Positions 13,819 through 28,613 of a stretch of DNA of 64,000 nucleotides are shown piece by piece. The translations under genes and the position numbers were made by a program. The notes below the pieces were generated by a model. That model was not told where the DNA came from and searched no databases. It was given only the letters and a program-made list of their open reading frames with translations. The DNA lies in assembly GCF_006345805.1 (NCBI RefSeq), contig NW_021835983.1, forward strand, positions 1 through 64,000. The letters run 5' to 3'. The DNA is from Octopus sinensis. Lineage: Eukaryota. Within the stretch, counting starts at the first letter, position 1. The number at the start of each line of letters is the position of its first letter.

Positions 13819-14081
13819 CTAGAGGAGGAAGAGAACATGGATAGAACTACAGTAAAATGGTAACAGAAAAGCTAAAAGACAGATATAGAACCATATTAGT
13901 TAATCGTAGACACGGAACAGGAAGCGCAGGAATTTCACATTGAACAACTAATCTCGCTTTGAAAAACCTTGTCCTCATTTTAAAAGACCTGTCCTCACTG
14001 CTCAAATCTGAAGTTGCCCTTGATCCAAAGAGACCTTCACCAATCTTATGAGCTTGTCGCATTCTGAAGAACAGAACGTAC

Positions 14082-14191
14082 CTTAAACGCTTGTCGTAGT
14101 TCTTCGTCGTCATCTCCTTCCTTGTTTTCTGTGATTCCACCCATGTTCTCCATAAACTGAATAAATTCTTCAAACGAGAACCTGCCATCAC
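14082..14191 (-). CDS. Calmodulin-like EF-hand protein, exon: (G)DGRFSFEEFIQFMENMGGITENKEGDDDEELRQAFK
   Basis: 110-nt exon with acceptor catttcag|GT and donor AAG|gtacgt; phase 1/0. It completes EF-hand 2 (DIDGDGRFSFEE) and the central linker. Confidence 0.92.
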
Positions 14192-14648
14192 CTGAAATGT
14201 TACCAAAACAGAGAATTTAAGGAACGGTTTATTTTTGTTGTTGTTGTTGTTGTATAAATTAAGAAGAATCGAAGTTAGAAAAAGGGACAGAACCCATGTC
14301 ATATATGTTATTTAATTTAATTTTATTATTTGATACCACAACTTGAGAACAATAGCGTCGTTGCATAAAATTTGGCAACGAATAAATCACAAGTTACATT
14401 TCTTATTTCTAACGGTGAGAGTAAACAGGGAGTGGGTGTAACACAGTGCAGAGTAACAATGTAAGTTCGCTCGTAGAATAGTGCTTTTGCACAGATGTGT
14501 ACCTCTTTCGCAATACACACATTAGCCCAAAATGTATATACTTGCATACATGCATATATACATGCATACATAGGTACAGATAGACATATATTCACGCTTA
14601 TAACATACAAACATAAATGCACATATATACATACATATATACATCTAG

Positions 14649-14683
<35 letters not shown>

Positions 14684-15258
14684 ACATACTTCCCTATCTA
14701 TATGAGCATACACTCACTCTGTCTGCTTCTCTCTCTCTCTCCCTCTCTGAACACACACACACACATACACACACACAAAACAACATTCCCTACCCACAAA
14801 CACCACACAAAAAACAAATATACACTAATTAAATATCAACTCCATTATCGTAAGTTGTTTGGAAACTAGATTGCACACCTTCTGTGAGAGTGTTTGGTGT
14901 AAGGAATTGGTGCGTTGCGTATGTTTTGGCTTTCTTGGACAGCATGGGAGCTAAGTAGTGTAGCTATAGCTTCGGGGAGAAATTGTACATACATATACAA
15001 ATACATACACATAGGCCTAGACGAATACACGCATATACTTACTCATAGAAATACATAAATACACCAGCATACATATAAACTTTTATACAAAGAAAATGAA
15101 ATGTATATATATGTATACATATATATATATATATACATTTCATTTTCTTTGTATAAATGTCTATATATATATATATATATATAATATATATATATATATA
15201 TACATATATATATACATTACAATCACAGACACACACAAATACACACATATATATATAA

Positions 15259-15424
15259 CAGAGCAAGCGTTGCTCTATTGTAATGAGCTTGTTTCCGAAC
15301 CACTTGGTTCCTGTTTCAATCCCCCTGCGTGGCACCTTGGGCCCTGTCTTCTACTACATCTTCGAGCAGATGAAATCTTCGTAGGTGGATTGGGTAGACA
15401 GAAACTGAAAGAGAAACTCGTCGT
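15259..15424 (+). mobile_element. tRNA-derived SINE, family B (CORE-like middle)
   Basis: Head ...GGTTCC(G)GGTTCAGTCCCACTGCGTGGCACCTTGGGCAAGTGTCTTCTACTATAGC...GTGGATTTGGTAGACGGAAACTGAAAGAAGCCCGTCG followed by (TA)n. Other copies: 21022-21180(-), 50396-50550(-), 52167-52328(-), 53408-53525(+), 54717-54876(-). Confidence 0.8.
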
Positions 15425-15541
15425 ATATATATATATGTATAATATATATATATTATATATATTATATATATATATATATATAATATATATGTGTGTGTGT
15501 GTATGTAGTATATATATATATATATAATATATATATATATA

Positions 15542-15572
<31 letters not shown>

Positions 15573-15637
15573 TGATTTTGCGCATGGTGGAAAACTATGC
15601 TTCTAAGGCCACCACCATATGATGTGTAACACCTTAG

Positions 15638-15767
<130 letters not shown>

Positions 15768-16613
15768 AATGTATGTATGTATGTATGTATCAATATATCT
15801 ATCTGTCTGTCTGTCTGTCTATATATCTATATAGAATTAAAGTTAGATTGTAATTATTCCATTCTTGAGGCTCCCCAGCGTGCCAAAAGTATAATTCCAA
15901 TGTTATCCGTCATATGACGTGTAACACTCTAGTTTAAAATACTCTCTTAAGACGTCTGTTATTCTCCATTTTAGATTTACTTTTCGCAATCGTGAAATTT
16001 GCTTCGTTTCCCCCTCGATTTCTACGCTAAAATATTAAGGAACCGTGGCTAATGAGACGTAAAACCGTTTTTGAAAGTATCAGAAGAGTCACGTATTAGT
16101 TTTTACAAACTGAATCAGATTTCCAAGGGATTTGCTCCACTGTGGCTACTTATTGGCCAGTTTTGATTGTAGTTAGAGAATCAGGTTCCAATTAAATGCA
16201 ATTAGTAATTATTTTATGGTATAACTGCTTCGAAGTTAAGCATTGAAGCGAAAAAATTGATAGGGAAATCGTCAATCCCCGAAGACACTTCAGCAACTTC
16301 TAGTATATTCTCATGTGTGTCTGCTGCCGACATTTTCGCCACAGACCAAAGTAAGCATCAAAACAAATAACTAGCAGATTCCAGTCAAAAATGAAAAAAA
16401 AGAAACTAAAGGAAAACCGAAATGTTTGATAAATGGTTTTATAGAATTGTGTAAGTTTGTATGTATGTTCAAATGTACGTACAAAGACATGTATGTACAC
16501 GTATGTATGTACACGTATGTATGTATGTATGTATGTATGTATGTATGTATGTATGTATGTTTGTATGTATGTATGTATGTGTGTATGTACGTGTATGTAT
16601 GAATGTATGTATG

Positions 16614-16647
<34 letters not shown>

Positions 16648-16667
16648 TGTATGTATGTATGTATGTA

Positions 16668-16856
16668 TGAAAAGGTACATGAAGCCCAGTTACAACTACA
16701 GTATTACAACTATGGCTATTACCAGTAAAGGTCTTAGTTGCCAATTTTGTACAAGACATTGTAGATCTTTAGCTGGGCTAAAAAGTCACATTCGATCACA
16801 GCACCAATAACAGTTAAGCTTCGTGCAATGGCCATACGAGATAACCATAATAATAA
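16668..16856 (+). mobile_element. 3' end of an RTE-type LINE (terminal C2H2-like finger plus short 3' tail)
   Basis: ...SKGLSCQFCTRHCRSLAGLKSHIRSQHQ* (stop at 16808-16810) matches the C-x2-C...SH.R terminal motif of RTE ORFs. It ends in (TAA)3 and sits inside an (ATGT)n tract. Confidence 0.65.
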
Positions 16857-17805
16857 TGTATGTATGTATGTATGTGTGTATTTATGTATGTATGTATGTA
16901 TGTATGTATGTATGTATGTATGTATGTATGTATGTATGTATAATGGTTGTTAGAATATCCGCGTAAGTGGTGTCTGAACCGGTTAGTTTGTACAGAACCA
17001 GTGTGTTGTTGCTCGGGAATTTTCACGGCTCCTGTTGCTTCTTCAGACACGCCAAACTGGGCAGTGAAACACAAATCATCATTCTTATGGAAGGAAAAAT
17101 TACGGGAAAACTGTGTGAAATGGTTCTTGATTAAAGCACAGGGTAAGAATTTAGTTGATACTATTGGCCCCAGTATTTGACTGGTATTATATCTTTCAAT
17201 GCCTGGAAGACTAAATGTAACTTTAAGCGCGTCGAAATTTGACCACAGAACATGGAAAGCAGGAATACCAAATATTTATTTCTTTATTGAGAGCTAAACA
17301 TAGAGGAGACAGGCAAAGGGTTTCAGTCGATTAGATCGACCCCAGTACGTAACTGGTACTTATTTAATCGACCCCGAAAGGATGAAAGGCAAAGTCAACC
17401 TCGGTGGAGTTTGAATTGAGAACGTAACGATAAACGAAATACCGCTGAGCATTTCGCCCGGCGTGCTAACGATTCTGCCAGCTCCCCGCCCTTTACCAAA
17501 ATACCAAATATTTCGCGTGTGATATGGATACGGTGTGTGTGTGCGTGTATTTATAAATATTTCTATATTATATACATACATATATATAATATTAGTTTCA
17601 AATTTCGGCCCAAGGCCAGCAATTTCGGGGATGGGTGAAAATCGACTATATCAACCCCAGTGTTCAACTGGTATTTAATTTATCAATCCGAAAGGATAAA
17701 AGGCAAAATCGACCCCGGCGGTATTTGAACTCAAAGTAAAATTTTAAGAAACAACGCTCAGCGTTTTGTCCAGTGCAGTAACGATTCTGCCAGCTTGCTG
17801 CCCTG

Positions 17806-18705
17806 TACATACATACATACATACATACATACATACATACATACATGCATACATACATACATACATGCAACATACATACATACATGCATGCATACATACA
17901 TACATACATACAGATACATACATACATACATACATACATACTACATACATACATACATACATGCATGCATACATACATGCACAAACATATATATATAATA
18001 CATACATACATACATGCATACATACATACATACACACATACATGCATATATACATGCATACATACATACATACATACACGCATACATACATACTTTTATA
18101 CATACATACATACATGCACACATGCATACATACATACATACATACATACATACATACATACGTACATACATACATACATACATACATACATACATAGCAC
18201 ATACATACTATACATACATACATGCATACATACACACATACATACATGCATACATACATACATACATACATGCATACATACTGCATCCCTACATACATAC
18301 ATACATACGCAACATACATACATACATACATACATACATGCAATCATACACATATACATACATACATACATGCACACATACATACATACATACATACATA
18401 CATACATACATACATGGCATACATACATACATATCATACATATCTACATGCATACATCATACATACATACATGCATACATACATGCATACATGCATACAT
18501 ACATACATATATACATACATACATACACAGACACACAACATACATATACATATACATCATGCAGACATACATACATACATACATCATACACTACATGCAC
18601 ATGCTACATACATACATACACGAATCATACATACATACATACATACATACATACATAATCAATACATACACATCATACATACATATACATTACATACATA
18701 CATAG
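17806..18705. repeat. Degenerate (ACAT)n tetranucleotide array
   Basis: Directly visible. Other (ACAT/ATGT)n tracts lie at 16460-16670, 19596-19660 and 62617-63110. Confidence 0.95.
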
Positions 18706-19593
18706 TATTACGATTGCGTCGATTGCCAGAGGTGAGGTGTTCCACAGACGCTTCCAAATGTTCCATATTTTCCGCCATAACGAAATCATTTACCATGCAT
18801 TGTCGCAGAAATCTGAATTTTCTCTATTTCTTTTTTGATTTGGCATTTTCAGCTGTGCTTTACAATAATTTAATATCTTATACACAGTTCGGAGATAAAA
18901 CTTAGTAATGCTATTAAGTCTAACAACCGCTTTTTATTTCGTTAAGTTTCTATACAAAGTGTCCGTACAAAACTCAAAGCTTCGTTTTCGTGTTAATGCA
19001 AATATTATGATATAAATATGAACCAAACGTTATTTAGTAATGAACGGTGGCGGAAAAATAGAAAACGAAACTATAATTCCGAGCGCTTATATTAATGCAA
19101 TATCACGTGTGTACACAAAATAAATAATATCGTTTAAATGATGGGCGTTGCATAAATGTATTGATCAAACAGGCGCCAACAAGGCTGTGTGGGTTTCGGG
19201 TTTAGACTTATTGCGCAATACCTTGGGCAAATATCTTCTATATGCCAGTGAGCTGACCAATGTCCTGAGAGTTGATTTCGTAAATGGAATCTGCGTGAAG
19301 CCCATTGTATACATATACATGCATATTTTACTTTTTAATCAACCGTCTTCATGCTTTTTCTCCTGGTTTCTCATGTACCAGAGTACTGGTTTTCAAATAG
19401 AGCAATCAATGTGATCAGAACCCGAAGATTGCTTTGAGACACAAGATACTTAATAAAAACCTGTCTGACTGCGTGTCTTAATAGCAAGAAACTATAAGTA
19501 ACTCTAATCTTAATTCAGTGTGCATTAAATGATGTTTATCTTTGACTTGATGGAGTACGTTTTTGTTGATTTTACCATAACGGAACAGTAAAC

Positions 19594-19625
<32 letters not shown>

Positions 19626-19698
19626 TGTATGTATGTATGTATGTATATGTATGTATGTATGTATATATATATATAGATACATACATACATCTATATAT

Positions 19699-19752
<54 letters not shown>

Positions 19753-19775
19753 ATACATACATCTATATATTATAG

Positions 19776-20210
19776 AATCAAATCAAAATTGAAATCGATC
19801 AACATCAATGGAATTTGTAGGTTGTGGTACCAGTGCCGGTGGCACATAAGAGAACCATCCGAACGTGGCCGTAGCCAGCACCGCATCGACTGGCCTCCGT
19901 GCTGGTGGCACGTAACAAACACCATCCGATCGTGGCCGTTGCCAGCCTCGCCTGGCCTCCGTGCCGGTGGCACGTAAAAAAGACCATCCGAGCGTGGCCG
20001 TTCGCCAGCCTCGTCTGGCACCTGTGTCGGTGGCACATAAAAAGCACCCACTACACTCACGGAGTGGTTGGCGTTAGGAAGGGCATCCAGCTGTAGAAAC
20101 ACTGCCAGATCTGACTGGCCTGGTGCAGCCTTCTGGCTCCCCAGACCCCAGTTGAACCGTCCAACCCATGCTAGCATATAAGGTGGACGTTAAACGATGA
20201 TGATGATGAT
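19776..20210 (+). mobile_element. SINE-like retroposon with internal ~62-66-bp tandem repeats, RTE-type 3' end and (GAT)n tail
   Basis: About 3.3 internal units GGTGGCAC(A/G)TAA..ACCATCCGA.CGTGGCCGT.GCCAGC..., then GGTTGGCGTTAGGAAGGGCATCCAGCTGTAGAAAC...CCGTCCAACCCATGCTAGCAT..GGACGTTAAACGATGATGATG. Confidence 0.7.
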
Positions 20211-20237
20211 ATATATATATATATGTATATATATATA

Positions 20238-20405
20238 AACCTTTTCCACTTTCTCTCCCTGTTTTTTTCTGTGTTCCTTTCTGTCGAAGAGCGTAGGCTC
20301 GAAACGTAAAAGACTTACTCACTTCCCAAGCGTTAAACTAATACTTCTGTTTGTTGTTTACACACCCGTCTTCGTTTTTTTTTTTATTGAAAATTCTCAC
20401 TAAAT
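20238..20405 (+). mobile_element. Short (TA)n-flanked Penelope-like repeat, family P2, with a hammerhead-like motif
   Basis: CTGTCGAAGAGCGTAGGCTCGAAACGTAAAAGACTT..CACTTCC..GCGTTAAACTAATAC recurs in reverse orientation at 41052-41218 and, more diverged, at 40255-40420. Confidence 0.5.
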
Positions 20406-20851
20406 ATGTATGGAGGAAGCAGCTTCACTTTGATAAATGTTTTGGCACAAAATGATGCCTTTGAGTCATCGATTTAATTTGACAGCGTTGTGTGTGTGTA
20501 TGGTGTGTATCTGTCTGTGTGTAAGTAATCCATATATATATATATACATATATATATATATGTGTGTGTGTGTATACGTATATATGTATGTATACATATA
20601 TTTATGCATACATATATGCACATATAGACAAACATCAGTGACGTCAGAAGGGTTCCCAGCGCCCGAGGGAAAAGACACGTTTGGCGCCACAACCCTAATC
20701 AACATGCATGATAGAGCAGAGGATTTTTACGGGGTGGGGCTGGATTGCTTCACACCTGCTTGCCGTTGCCTCCATGACTAATAGGTTTGTTTCACAACCA
20801 CGTGATCACTTCAGCACCGTGGTCTCCATAGTAACGTATAATTTTGCACTC

Positions 20852-20911
<60 letters not shown>

Positions 20912-20984
20912 AATATTATTATTATTATTACTATTATTATTATTACTGTGGTAAAATTTACGAAGCCCAGTATACCCATCATGA

Positions 20985-21023
<39 letters not shown>

Positions 21024-22439
21024 CAACAAGCTTCTTTCAGTTTCCGCTACCAAATCTACTCACAAGGTTTTGGTCAGCCTGAAGCTATAGTAGAAGTCAC
21101 TAGCCCAAGGTGCCACGCAGTAGGACCGAACCCGGAATCATGTAGTTGAGATGCACGCTTCTTATCACACAGACACTCGTACACCTATACACACACACAC
21201 ACACATTCGGCCAGGTAGACGATACAAAGGCAGATAAGAGAAACAACAATGAGAAGTACAGGTAAGAAAGACGGGTCATTCCTAGCCTTCTTTCCTCAGT
21301 TAAGTACCAGATGTCACAGCCGTTTCGGCCAGTTATACTCGAGACGGTTCGATCTGGTTGCCCACCAAAAAGTCTAAGCTATGTCTGAATATGTGTGTGT
21401 GTGTGTGTTTGTGTGTGTGTGGTTTGTGTGTGTGTGTGTAATGTTTGTATGCCTAGTCACAATGTATCAAATACAATCTCATAATGTTGAGTTGATGGTT
21501 GGTTAAACGATTGTTCGCGGGAATGTAATGTTACTTAAATCGTCACCACCAACGCACCGCCCGAACTGCCCCTCCACTACCACTAAAACCACCGCCAAAA
21601 ACACCACCACCACCACCACCACCACCACCACAACCGACACCACCACCACCACCACCACCACCACCACCACCACCGACCGACCCACCACCACCACCACCGA
21701 CCACTACCACCACCACCACCACCGACACCACCACCACCGACACCACCACCACCACCACCGACACCACCACCGCCACCACCACCACCGACACCACCACCGC
21801 CACCACCACCGCCACCACCACCACCACCACCACCACCACCACCACCACCACCACCACCACCACCACCACCACCACCACCACCACTTCACTTCACTTCATG
21901 GTTTCCCTTTCTTTCTCGTCCATCCGTTCTCATTTTCCTTGGGTTCGCCATCATCTCATTCCAATTTCATCCAACTCCCCCGCTTCCCATTCTCACCTTT
22001 CTCTTTTCCCTGCATCCCTTTTCGTTTGAAGAAGACTTGGCTGCTATTTCTTACTGATCGCGCGACCACTTAAACGCTTCCTCGTTCTAAAGGACATGGC
22101 TTGTGTGTGGCAGACAACGAAATGCCTTCCTGTCTTTCCAGCGACATCGTTCGTTTGCTAATGAGATATTTGAACCCGTGCCTCGCCCATCAAATTATAT
22201 TCGGGTTGTTTGTAATTGTCAGTGACAAACTGGTTGAATAGGAGAGTTAGTAGTGGCCCCGCCCTCTCAGCCAGCAGGAGAGCGAGGAACTCATTAATAA
22301 GGGAAAATAATGGTAAATGGAGACCAGCTGGCATCGTCTCTCACTCGTAAAGGCTTCGTTGATGGCCTGGCCGTTTCGAAAGGAACGTCATGATGACGTT
22401 CATGGTCGTGGTGGCGATGAGGAAGGTGGTGATGCGGAC

Positions 22440-22455
22440 GACGACGGCGACGACG

Positions 22456-22487
<32 letters not shown>

Positions 22488-22812
22488 GATGATGATGGGT
22501 GGTGATGATGATGATGATGACGATGATGATGATGATGGGTGGTGATGATGAGGATGATAATGAGGATGATGATGATGGGTGGTGATGATGAGGATGATGA
22601 GGAGAACGAAGAATAAGACAGAAGAAAATGGAAATTGAGTGAAGAAGTGGCGGTGGTCGTAGTTGTAGTAGTAGTAGTAGTAGCAGCAGCAGCAGTAGTA
22701 GTAGTTGGAGAAGGAGAGAAAGAAGGAAAGAAAGAAAGAAAGAAAGAAAGAGAAGAAGAAGAAGAAGGACAAAGACGGCGACGAGGACGATGATGTGATG
22801 ATGGTGATGATG

Positions 22813-22844
<32 letters not shown>

Positions 22845-22891
22845 GATTATGATGGTGGTGATGATGATGATGATGGTAGTGATGATGATGG

Positions 22892-22929
<38 letters not shown>

Positions 22930-23071
22930 ATGATGGTGGTGATGATGATGATGATGATGTTGATGATGATGATGATGGTGATGGTGATGATGATGATGAT
23001 GATGATGACGATGATGATGATGATGATGATGATGGTGGTGATGATGATGATGATGATGATGATGGTAGTGG

Positions 23072-23106
<35 letters not shown>

Positions 23107-23137
23107 ATGATGGTGGTGATGATGATGATGATGATGT

Positions 23138-23202
<65 letters not shown>

Positions 23203-23290
23203 GTGGTGATGATGATGATGATGATGATGATGATGGTAGTGGTGATGATGATGATGATGATGTTGATGATGATGATGATGATGGTGGTGG

Positions 23291-23325
<35 letters not shown>

Positions 23326-23370
23326 GTGATGGTGATGATGATGATGATGATGGTGATGATGAAGAAGATG
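22440..23370. repeat. (GAT/GGT)n microsatellite field
   Basis: Directly visible. It is the source of the 387-aa poly-His ORF. Confidence 0.95.
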
Positions 23371-24492
23371 ACGACGACAGCTGGTTGTTCTGTCCAGTCT
23401 ATCCCTCTGTTTTTTTCTACAAGGGGGCGAAGCACCTTTCCTGAATCTCAGCCTCACCTTTCACCAGATCGATCAGCCTGGCTCATCCCCTTTCGGTAAG
23501 TCAGGCAGCAGGGTAAAAGTCTGGTCGCTTCACTTCGTAGTTGCAGCGCTCAAAATTTCACAGCAATAATCCACGTTAAGGGCCTTTTCTTGATGTCCGA
23601 TAGATTTCTCATATTTAGCTTTATCGGCAGAATCGTTTGCACGTCGGGCAAAATGCTTAGCGGCATTTCGTCCGGCGTTACGTTCTGTGTTCAAATTCTG
23701 CCGAGGTCGACTTTGCCTTTCATCCTTTCGGGGTCGATAAATTAAGTATCAGTTGCGCAGTGGGGTCGATCTAATCGACTGGACTCCCCTCCCACCAAAT
23801 TTTAGTCCTTGCGCCTATAGTAGAAAGGATCATCACCACAAACATCATCATCATCATCATCATCATCATCGTCATCGTCATCATCATCATCATCATCGTT
23901 GTCATCATCACCATCATCATCAACACCACAAACATCATCATCATCATCATCCTTATCGTCGTCGTCGTCATCATCATCATCATCATCATCATTGTCGTCG
24001 TCATCGTCGTCGTTATCATCATCATCATCAACTTCATCATCATTATTATTATTCTTGTTGTTGTTATTTTTTCCCATAAATTTCTACGTGAACACTTGAG
24101 CTAATTGTTGACATCGTAATCCTGTGTCAAGCGTTGATCCTCCTCTGTCTGTCTGTCTGTCTGTCTCTTAACGCTGACATTTTAAGACAATTACATTTTT
24201 TCACTAATGAGTAAATCGTCTTCTAAATGCCGTATTATTTCAATTTCTTTTTTAATTTCACTCATTTTATTTTTCTTGAAATTTTATTTTCTCTCTTTGC
24301 CTTATTTCTATTTCGTTTTTGTTCGAGGGATTATTTTAATCAAATAAAAGTGATTTAAGACGTAATCCTTTAATTCACGAACCATATCTAATGTCTGCAG
24401 TCAAGCGATGCTAATGCAATCATCGCCATTGTTCGGTCATTACTAACACGACCGGAAGTTTTATTTCTAGACTATGTAATGTCGGCTGCTGT

Positions 24493-24532
<40 letters not shown>

Positions 24533-24731
24533 ACTAATTCGTGCCTGACACTGGGTAATTCTCCTAAGGAGACATTTTTAATCAATGTTTAAACTTCGAT
24601 CGTGATTCCGAGTTAATCTGAACGAATCTATAATTAAATTGTATTTAAATTCGCGTGAAGGAACACATGACGAGGTTCATATATAAATGTATGTGTGTAT
24701 GTATATCTATGTATATATATATATATTATAT

Positions 24732-24816
<85 letters not shown>

Positions 24817-24907
24817 CATACACACAAATTTATATATATATACATATATATATACACACACATATACATATACAGACATATATATATAAATATATACATA
24901 CATACTT

Positions 24908-24940
<33 letters not shown>

Positions 24941-24972
24941 CGTACAAACATATATACACATATACATATATA

Positions 24973-25250
24973 GAAAGATAATTGACTTTACAGTCCCAAA
25001 TGTTGAAATAATCAATATGAGAGGTATAGAAAAAATAGCAAAGCACCAGGATTTAGCTATTGAATTACAGAGGCTATGGAAATTGCGGGTAGATTGTATT
25101 CCAGTAGTTGTAGGTGCATTGGGAACTATCCCTAAAGATCTGAACAGATGGATAGGCGTAAAACCCAGACTAGTATAGCTGCAGAAAACAGTGTTATTAG
25201 GGACAGCTAGGATACTTAGGAGGGCTCTTGGCATCTAAGGTTACTTCCTG
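24973..25250 (+). mobile_element. R4/Dong-type non-LTR retrotransposon, 3' end
   Basis: [86 protein letters not shown] is an RLE C-terminus. Confidence 0.85.
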
Positions 25251-25787
25251 TATACCATACATACATACATACATACTCTAATATCGAACAGTGAGAATGG
25301 GTGCTCAACACCGCATTGGTGGACAAATAGAAGGATTCTTGGCATCTAAGGCAACTTGATGTTGCCCGATGTTAGGATTCTTTTCTTTTCCAACAGCACA
25401 AGGCCTGAAATCTTGGTGAAAAGGGGTTAGTCGACTACATCAACCTCAGTGTGCCACTGGTACTTTTTTTATCGATCTCGAAGGAATAAAAAGGGTAGGT
25501 CGATTTCATAGACCGCCCGCTTCAGTACTTTAGGGTTAGAGTACTTTATTTTATCGACCTCGAAGCGATGAAAAGCAATCTTGATCGCGACGAGAATGCA
25601 CAGAACCGGAAGAAATGCCAGATGACAATCAACCCGACGCTCTACCGATTCTTTCAGCTCAACCAGTTATAAAACTCGGTTCATGGTTTGTTCCGACCTC
25701 GGCGGAATTTGAACTCAGAACGCAAAGACGGACGAAATGCTGCTAAGCACTTTGTCCGGCGTGCAAACGATTCTGCCAGCTCATCAC

Positions 25788-25833
<46 letters not shown>

Positions 25834-26119
25834 GAGGAGGAGGAGGAGGGGGACTGGGAGGAGCAGTTGTAGTAGTGATTTTAATGATACCGTTAATAAC
25901 ATGATTGGAGCGATCAGATATTGTGTGGTTAGTGATAATGTGGAAGAATAAAACCTGTTGAAAAGATTATTTCGTAATGAAAGAAACTTGGTGCTACGGA
26001 GCCGGGGCTTAGATCGATTTTTGGATTATAGCAAAGTGTTTGCTGTAATCGATTTCGCTGGGAAATAGATTGGGTTGGGTGGTTGGTAGGAAGAGTAAGG
26101 AGTGAGAGATTTAATAACC

Positions 26120-26260
26120 TGGATAGATAGGTAGATAGATAGGTAGGTAGATAGATAGATAGATAGGTAGGTAGGTAGATAGATAGATAGATATATATAG
26201 ATAGATAGATAGATATATAGATAGGTAGATAGATAGGTAGGTAGATAGATAGATAGATAA

Positions 26261-26293
<33 letters not shown>

Positions 26294-26353
26294 GAGATAG
26301 ATAGATATATATAGATAGATAGATATATAGATAGATAGATAGATAGATAGATG

Positions 26354-26388
<35 letters not shown>

Positions 26389-26622
26389 GGATCGATAGCT
26401 AGGTAGGTAGATAGATAGATAGATAAATAGATGATGGATGGATAGATAGATAGATGGATGGATAGATAGATGGATCGATAGGTAGGTAGGTAGATAGATA
26501 GATAGATAGATAGATATAGATAGAAAGAAAGAAAGAAAGATAGACAGATAAACAGATAGATAGATAAATAGATAGATGGATGGATAGATGGATAGATGGA
26601 CAGATAGATAGATAGATAGATT
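26120..26622. repeat. (AGAT)n tetranucleotide array
   Basis: Directly visible. Also present at 13570-13690 and, as (ATCT)n, at 15628-15767. Confidence 0.95.
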
Positions 26623-27089
26623 AAAAGAGAAGCGGGGCTTAAAAGAAGAAGGAAAGGAAAGAAATTAGGGGTTAGGGAAAAGAAAAGACCCCGAATGAAT
26701 TAGCGGTTGCTTGGCAACATATTACATTTTTTGTTTATATGTACCAAATTCCCTTTATGGATACCGTTGGTTTTAGATAAATGAGAAGCGTGTGGGCGTG
26801 TGGGTGCTTTTTATACATACATACATACATACATACATACATACATACATACATACATACTCTAATATCGAACAGTGAGAATGGGTGCTCAACACACACA
26901 TTGGTGGATAAATATTCTTTATTTGTGAGACAACCAGGCTACAAATAGTTTCATGTAGAAAAGAGTCTCTTAATTAACGAGTATGCCACATTTTTTCCCT
27001 CTTGGATAACAATATATCTCTATATATATATATGTGGGTGTCTCTGCAGGCGCGCGTGTGTGTTTGCATGTATATATAATGTATTAAGG

Positions 27090-27151
<62 letters not shown>

Positions 27152-27498
27152 ATCCAAACAAGAAAACACAGAAAAAAAACACAGCAACGCGAGGACGTGG
27201 AACAATTAAAGTATTATTTGACGCTCATATATATATATATTATATATATATATATATACAAAATTTAGAGGACTCACCACTAACAGCCTTTATGCTAGAT
27301 ATAGACGTCAAAATCGCCATTTCCCACGAAGAATGTGTTCTCAAGAAAAAATTTAGCTTTTAGTGCTCAGTCCTCTAAATTTTGTACGTAAAAATCTTTA
27401 ATCTTCGGTTTTTTAAAAATATACTAGGCCACTGGTTTTAATTGATTAATATAAATTTCTACCCCTATTTAATTTTATATATGTATATATATATATAT

Positions 27499-27537
<39 letters not shown>

Positions 27538-28540
27538 AGGGAGAGAGAGACGTATATACATGCACACATACACACGCATAAACTCTGGGTGTCCGTTGGG
27601 TAGAGTGAGCTGTGTGCTGATATCCAGTAGGTCTGGTTTTGTCGAAGCCATATTGGTAGTCCACAAGCGAGAAAAGAGATTCATGGTTCGAGAAGGTTCT
27701 TGTGGCTGCTGTTGCTGCTTTGGTTGTTGTTGTTAATGGTTGCAGCGATTAATTATGAAATCCTGGCAGCAAATATGTTAAGATAGCATTTGGCAGAATC
27801 AAAAGAGGTGACCGTTTCTCGTGAATGCTTCAAGGAATTTTGTTGGTTCTGTCCTGATCATTTTTGATATTCATCTCAAATTTTTGCACAAGGCCAGCAA
27901 TTACAGGGAAGGATATACTAATCTTTTGCTGGCGGCAGAATCAAAGAGGTGGCCGTTTCTAGGAAATGCTTCAGAGAATTTTGTTGGTTGTGTCCTGATC
28001 ATTTTTGATATTCATCTCAAATTTTTGCGCAAGGCTGGCAATTAAAGGGAAAGATGTAAATCGATTATATTGACCCCAGTATTCAACTGGTACTTAGTTT
28101 ATCGACTCTGAAAGGAGGAAATGCAAAGTGGGCCACGGCAGAGTTTGAACTCAGAATGTAAGGACGGACGAAATGTTGCTAAGCATATTATTCGGCGTGT
28201 AAAGAATTTTGCCAGCTCGCCGCCTCTATTATAAAATTTCAGTGTTGAAGGCCATTGAGCGAGAAGCGATCTCACCATTTTTGATTCTTTATTGGAACAA
28301 TCGAATCTGTTCTTCAAAGCACGTCCTCGCTCCTTTGGGACCGCATCTCTTGGTGGAGTTGTGAAAAGCTAAACAGAATCTTATTTCGTTATAGACATGT
28401 GGATATATTTTTCAAATCTGTCTTGCACGTAGAAGAACGAACTCTATGAACAAGTTTGGATTAAATGAATGTAATGTTTAAGTCTATTTTATCGACCATT
28501 CAGTATCTTATGTGCTTTATATGCAGCAATGAGTGTTACT

Positions 28541-28613
28541 GGCCGCGTGGCCTAATGGATAAGGCGTCTGACTTCGAATCAGAAGATTGCGAGTTCGAGT
28601 CTCGTCGTGGTCT
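28541..28613 (+). tRNA. tRNA-Arg-TCG: tRNA-Arg, anticodon TCG (copy 1, type A)
   Basis: GGCCGCGTGGCCTAATGGATAAGGCGTCTGACT-TCG-AATCAGAAGATTGCGAGTTCGAGTCTCGTCGTGGTCT folds as a full cloverleaf with intact A and B boxes. A T4 terminator lies at 28621-28624. Confidence 0.96.

Noticed and set aside
19826-20050. Regularly spaced GGTGGCAC(A/G)TAA repeats resembling a CRISPR array
   Set aside because: The 'spacers' are homologous to each other, the block is internal to a retroposon with an RTE-type tail, there are no cas genes, and the context is eukaryotic.
21310-21355. Possible hammerhead remnant (minus strand ...CTGGCC-GAAAC-GGCT-GT-G)
   Set aside because: The CUGANGA core and the 5' arm of stem II are missing and position 17 is G; it is too degenerate to call.
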